DNA of 64,000 bases, taken from the IMG/VR virus record IMGVR_UViG_3300005911_000002, positions 1-64,000 of that record. The stretch is one strand, 5' to 3'. The stretch is from a virus. The notes under the pieces were generated by a model. That model saw nothing but the letters and a program-made list of their open reading frames with translations, was not told where the DNA came from and ran no database searches. Below, piece by piece: positions 59,650-64,000 of the stretch (positions are counted from its first letter, which is position 1; each line of letters starts with the position of its first letter). A program made the translations under genes and the position numbers.

Positions 59650-60374
59650 TAGGTTGCTCCTTTATAAAGTAGTTTACTGGTATCATATGAACCGGCCGAG
59701 GGTATTCGGTATTTTAACCACTCGATGTATATCCGAATGCTACTTGCATTCACATTGGTATTGTAACAGTATGCAAGAAGAGTGTCGTCGTCGAAAACAT
59801 CGTATAACATCCCAAGCATATCAAATGCCACTACCACCATTTCATATTTATTATCATATTCCGTAACACCCGCCGCTATGAGGTCATCCTCCCGCAGTGA
59901 AAATGGGTGTATTCTGTACTCCGTAGCTATAGACATTCCTTGTAACACAGAAAGTACGTCTGCTGTTACAGAATCAACCGCAGACAAAACCTGACTGTAT
60001 ATAACACTGGCAGGCCAATATACGGATATAGACGGTATAACTAGATTGCTTACGACGGCTTTCTCCGTATATTCCCCGCGCACCAGAAACTCAATAACTG
60101 AAAATTCAGTAACGTCGAGTATAATGGATTCTTCATAGTCGTCGTCTGGAAATGACAGCGTTATAGATGAAGGTAATAGTGCTATTATTTGCGCGGTAGC
60201 CTCTATAAGTGCTGAGTCTTCCGGGGGTGCTTGTATCCACGGGAACCTCGTGACTGTCTCGTTCGCTGCTGTAAATAGATCATCGAATTGTTTAAAAAAA
60301 CAAGCAATTCGATCGTTCATTAGTCCTGTTGTATTGTACTTCTTAGTTATTATATCTAAATTCTCTATTCTCAT
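59649..60374 (-). CDS. hypothetical protein
   Basis: 241-aa ORF, AGGGG RBS, coupled to the next gene. Confidence 0.55.
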   Translation of the reverse strand: MRIENLDIITKKYNTTGLMNDRIACFFKQFDDLFTAANETVTRFPWIQAPPEDSALIEATAQIIALLPSSITLSFPDDDYEESIILDVTEFSVIEFLVRGEYTEKAVVSNLVIPSISVYWPASVIYSQVLSAVDSVTADVLSVLQGMSIATEYRIHPFSLREDDLIAAGVTEYDNKYEMVVVAFDMLGMLYDVFDDDTLLAYCYNTNVNASSIRIYIEWLKYRIPSAGSYDTSKLLYKGAT

Positions 60375-60386
60375 TGTTATCCCCTG

Positions 60387-63300
60387 CTAAATATTTCTTC
60401 TCTGCTTATTGCCACCTAGTGTAACTGAACCAGTCCTTATTTCATCACGTATCTTTTTTTTCTCATCCTCTTTGGTTTTCCCTGACAAATATACAGCCAT
60501 TAGTTCTGTAGCCGCAGCTGTTCTAGCTATGTTAGTCTTATTTACTTCCCCGGTGCTATTTAGCTTATCATCTATTTTCTGTTTAATATATTTCTGTGAT
60601 TTGAACGTGTTCATAATAACATCATCGTATCCGAGTTTGTTAATAAATTCATCCCTTGGCAACGTGCCATCACTCTTAGCTAGTATCTTATTCCCAGCGA
60701 TTCTTACAGAGTTAGATAACTTCAAGCCTCCCCAGGTTTTCTGTGTTATAGAAGCTTTGTCCCCGACAGAGCCTTTTATAGCCACAAGGTCCCTGACTAG
60801 TAACGCGGCTTCTGAAAACTGGTAGGCCTTCTTGTCTTTTATAAGCGTGAGTAGTTCTTGGTAATCGTCCTCAAGAGCTGCCTTACTCATACCACCAAGG
60901 TTGTTTATTGTCCCAACCTTATCGGCCACACCTTTTCCGTCCCATGGAGAAATACCTAAGATATCATTAAGAAGACCTATATTACCCGCATTGCCATAGG
61001 CTGCTTTATGGGCTAGGGCTAGGGTTTTTGCCGCATCAACTTCTTTTCTATGGGATGCCTGTATTGCACCCTTCTTTCCTAATGTTCTAATATTGGGATC
61101 ATCAATTAGTGTGACAAGTTTATTATACCACGCGGCCATACCTTTTAGTTCGTGGGGTACGACGGTGTTACTTATCATGAATTTCTTTGTGGCGGTCATC
61201 CCCATATCCGACCTAGAGTAGTCTACAACGTTTCCCCGCAGTCTGGAAACCTTGTTAAAGTCCTCAGATAACCCATATGCGTTCAGGACGGTAGAAATAG
61301 ATTTTCCTTGAGCAGCCGATTTAGTTAGTCTGTCCCCTATTGTTCTGACGTCATCCCGGTCCATGGAACGGAGCTTACTTATTACCGATAGCGTTGGGGC
61401 TAACATAGGATCCATGCCAGGCGTAGCCCCTTTCTCTGCTAGTGAAAGTTCTCCATAATAGTCATAATTATCATAAAGAGGTGTATTTTCTTTTCCAGAG
61501 CTCTCCCCGCCCTTTAAGGTATACCCAAACACTTTTTTATTCATATCATAGATTCTCTGTTCTTGTTTTGCAAAGAATTTTGTAAACCTGGATACCTCAA
61601 TGTTGCGTGTCATGTTAAGGTTAGACCCTATTTCTGGATTCCTGTTTGCGTAGATGTTCTGTTGGTGAGTCGACTCCCACTTATCTGGGATTACTCCATG
61701 GTAGGCGTTATCAATAGCAGCATGTTCATCTAGTGTGCCGGGGTTAGAATGGGATAACATAGTTCCCATAACTTGATTTTTATACGCGCTTTCAAGAGCG
61801 TCGTATTTCTTTATAAACAGTGAACCTGCTTTTTTACCAAGTTTTTTCATTACCTCTGGTGCCCAGATATCACGATATTTCCTTCTTGTAGCATCATCCC
61901 TAGCCATTGAACCTAATAACAAAGCATTCGATGTCCCTTTGGACAGTTCCCCGTGTTTCCCTCGGAGTTTTACATAGTTCCACTTATTAACGTTTTTGAG
62001 TTTGCCTCCGAAAATAGCCCCCATGCGAGATGCCGCTTGGGAAGGTGTTAATTTCCCCGTATTAGTCAGCGTATCTATTTGATCAAGAGTACTCGTGATA
62101 GTATCCATGTCTCCAGAGTACCCTATATCAGCAAATTCTACTAACGCATGTCCGCCATCCTCCTCTGAGTTCATTATGGACGCGTACTTATACGCGTTGT
62201 CTACTCCGCCCATCATCTCAAAGTATGAGTTCTCAGATCCAAGTGTTCTCATTATCGCATCGTGTTCCTTCGCATCTTCTACGGAGGTTATTACGTCATT
62301 CATATTAATATGTGTAGCCATTGCTAAATTAGTGGACGTTTTCAGTTTATCTCTATAATATTTCTTGGTGTCATCTAGGGTATTTCCGCCCATAAACCCC
62401 CAGAAGCCTCCGGATTTCCTAAGTTGTTCCTTACGGGTTTCATCATCCTCCATGAAATAACTCCAAGTATTTGCTACCTTTCTAAAAAAACCTGTATTCG
62501 ATTGGTTTTTGGCATCTCTGTAGTATGTAGATTTAGCATTAATAGCTATACTTTTTTTCTTAAGATCTGCAGACAAGGCCTCAGACATTCTAGTTATTGG
62601 GTCCGTGGCGCTCACCATGGCGTCCCCATCCCATTTGTTACTGGTATAACCAAGACTGGTGAATGCAGCCCCCAAACTAAGCCTGGTTACAGGTATCCCC
62701 CTTGAATCCAGAAACTCTACTGCGGATCTTCTCGTCATAGCTAGGTTCGCATCTTGACCCATCTCAGATATCTCCCCACCCGATGTATACTGGTATCCAA
62801 GAATATCCTCTACAGATTTAAGATTTCTACCCGCTGATGTTTGCGTGGAACCGATCGATGTTTTCCCAGTTAGATAGTCTACGTATACTCCAGAATCGTA
62901 CTCCCCTGTTTTTGGGTCGAATGCAGAAGCAACTACGCTGCCCATATACGGGCTCTGCGCCCCCGCAACCATAGACTTTTCCAGAATAGCTCTAAACCCT
63001 GGGACGCCGCCGATCTGTTGGTATGTTCGTGGATTCATATCGGTCACAAAACCTCCATATGCAAGTCGTGCCGCCATATTTGTTATATCCATCCCCATAG
63101 TTGCATTAAATCCGCTTCCTTGGAACCCCACGCCCATCTGAGATCCCCGCTGCATAAGGCTGCCACTCGAAAAACCCGTCATCCTGGAGGTTATTCCAAC
63201 AGCTGTCATCATCTGATCGACATCCGCCCCAGTCCCACGCGCTATTTGTGAGAACATGCCCATAGAAGCTATAGCCTCCTTCGGACCTTGCTCCAAAGCT

Positions 63301-63980
63301 ACCATCCACTGATGGAGCCCGCCTTTTATTATATTCTTAAGTTTCTTTTTAAATTCACCTGCTGGGCTAAACGGGTCGAGAATTCCCTGGTTTATCATCC
63401 CTTGGGATAACTCCATAAGTGACTGTCGTCCAACGGTGCTTCCCTTAGTGTCCATGAGGATGTCCATTACTATATCCTCGATATCCATCGCTTTGACAAC
63501 AGCTTCCGCCCCAGACATACCTGCCCCAGAAGAACTACTGCCTATGCCCCTAGCTTTTGATACCGTCTTGATAGAAGACGCCAAATCGTAATAATCCGCT
63601 AATTGCACATGCGACCTAAGACTTTCATCTACAAGCATGGAAGGCCGTGATAGGTATTCACCCACTTTTGCAAACGGGGTGAGTATTGTAGAAGCAATAT
63701 TGCCCTCACCAAACATCACATCGGTACCAAGCTTAGCGATACCTGCCAAAGCACCTACCCCCATGGGGCCGGCTAGACCAGGTATAGCGGATGTTGCCAG
63801 CCAAGCAGTCCCACCCAGAACTCCAGCCCCAGCATCCTGGAAGAACTGCCCAGTTCTATCGCGAAGCTCTACCCTGGATAGCTGAGCATTTTCTTGATAG
63901 GTCTGTGCAGCTTGTGCAGATGTTATCCAAGGAGCGTAATCGGATGTCATTTTGTCCATTCTTGACTCAAGGCGATACAT
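60387..63980 (-). CDS. tape-measure-like tail protein
   Basis: 1197-aa helical Gly/Ala/Met-rich protein with a TM-like N-terminal segment; GGAGG RBS; upstream of baseplate genes. Confidence 0.6.
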   Translation of the reverse strand: MYRLESRMDKMTSDYAPWITSAQAAQTYQENAQLSRVELRDRTGQFFQDAGAGVLGGTAWLATSAIPGLAGPMGVGALAGIAKLGTDVMFGEGNIASTILTPFAKVGEYLSRPSMLVDESLRSHVQLADYYDLASSIKTVSKARGIGSSSSGAGMSGAEAVVKAMDIEDIVMDILMDTKGSTVGRQSLMELSQGMINQGILDPFSPAGEFKKKLKNIIKGGLHQWMVALEQGPKEAIASMGMFSQIARGTGADVDQMMTAVGITSRMTGFSSGSLMQRGSQMGVGFQGSGFNATMGMDITNMAARLAYGGFVTDMNPRTYQQIGGVPGFRAILEKSMVAGAQSPYMGSVVASAFDPKTGEYDSGVYVDYLTGKTSIGSTQTSAGRNLKSVEDILGYQYTSGGEISEMGQDANLAMTRRSAVEFLDSRGIPVTRLSLGAAFTSLGYTSNKWDGDAMVSATDPITRMSEALSADLKKKSIAINAKSTYYRDAKNQSNTGFFRKVANTWSYFMEDDETRKEQLRKSGGFWGFMGGNTLDDTKKYYRDKLKTSTNLAMATHINMNDVITSVEDAKEHDAIMRTLGSENSYFEMMGGVDNAYKYASIMNSEEDGGHALVEFADIGYSGDMDTITSTLDQIDTLTNTGKLTPSQAASRMGAIFGGKLKNVNKWNYVKLRGKHGELSKGTSNALLLGSMARDDATRRKYRDIWAPEVMKKLGKKAGSLFIKKYDALESAYKNQVMGTMLSHSNPGTLDEHAAIDNAYHGVIPDKWESTHQQNIYANRNPEIGSNLNMTRNIEVSRFTKFFAKQEQRIYDMNKKVFGYTLKGGESSGKENTPLYDNYDYYGELSLAEKGATPGMDPMLAPTLSVISKLRSMDRDDVRTIGDRLTKSAAQGKSISTVLNAYGLSEDFNKVSRLRGNVVDYSRSDMGMTATKKFMISNTVVPHELKGMAAWYNKLVTLIDDPNIRTLGKKGAIQASHRKEVDAAKTLALAHKAAYGNAGNIGLLNDILGISPWDGKGVADKVGTINNLGGMSKAALEDDYQELLTLIKDKKAYQFSEAALLVRDLVAIKGSVGDKASITQKTWGGLKLSNSVRIAGNKILAKSDGTLPRDEFINKLGYDDVIMNTFKSQKYIKQKIDDKLNSTGEVNKTNIARTAAATELMAVYLSGKTKEDEKKKIRDEIRTGSVTLGGNKQRRNI

Positions 63981-64000
63981 ACCTCCCCCATCACTGAATG

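Noticed and set aside
1-64000. Alternative genetic code; reverse transcriptase, DGR or retron
   Set aside because: Long genes are intact in the standard code, all three stops end genes, and no RT motif set was seen.

Overview
A 64 kb segment of a large, apparently uncharacterised myovirus (contractile-tailed dsDNA phage). The host is probably an anaerobe, inferred from the class III RNR, GGAGG Shine-Dalgarno sites and TG-extended sigmaA-type promoters. Packaging and virion genes: terminase, prohead protease, capsid, neck, sheath, tube, baseplate and a tape-measure-like protein. Replication and nucleotide genes: ThyX, dNMP kinase, SNF2 helicase, Gp3-like recombination protein, PD-(D/E)XK nuclease, UDG-PolA fusion, and NrdD (with mini-intein) plus NrdG. 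There is also an IS607 element. Main points: (1) a single-chain beta-beta' RNA polymerase and a phage sigma factor, with two promoter classes (GGTATAAA before replication/accessory genes; TTGACA-17-TGnTAnnnT before virion genes); (2) an unrecognised ~370-nt multibranch RNA with its own promoter and terminator (43711-44079); (3) a K-x-A motif that divides head-module proteins into segments (kinase, pyrophosphatase-like domain, membrane hairpins), suggesting protease-processed polyproteins; (4) an iteron-type origin candidate with 21-bp spacing; (5) an IS607 with the catalytic serine of TnpA changed to proline but an intact TnpB. All functional calls come from reading motifs by eye. No database searches were run.
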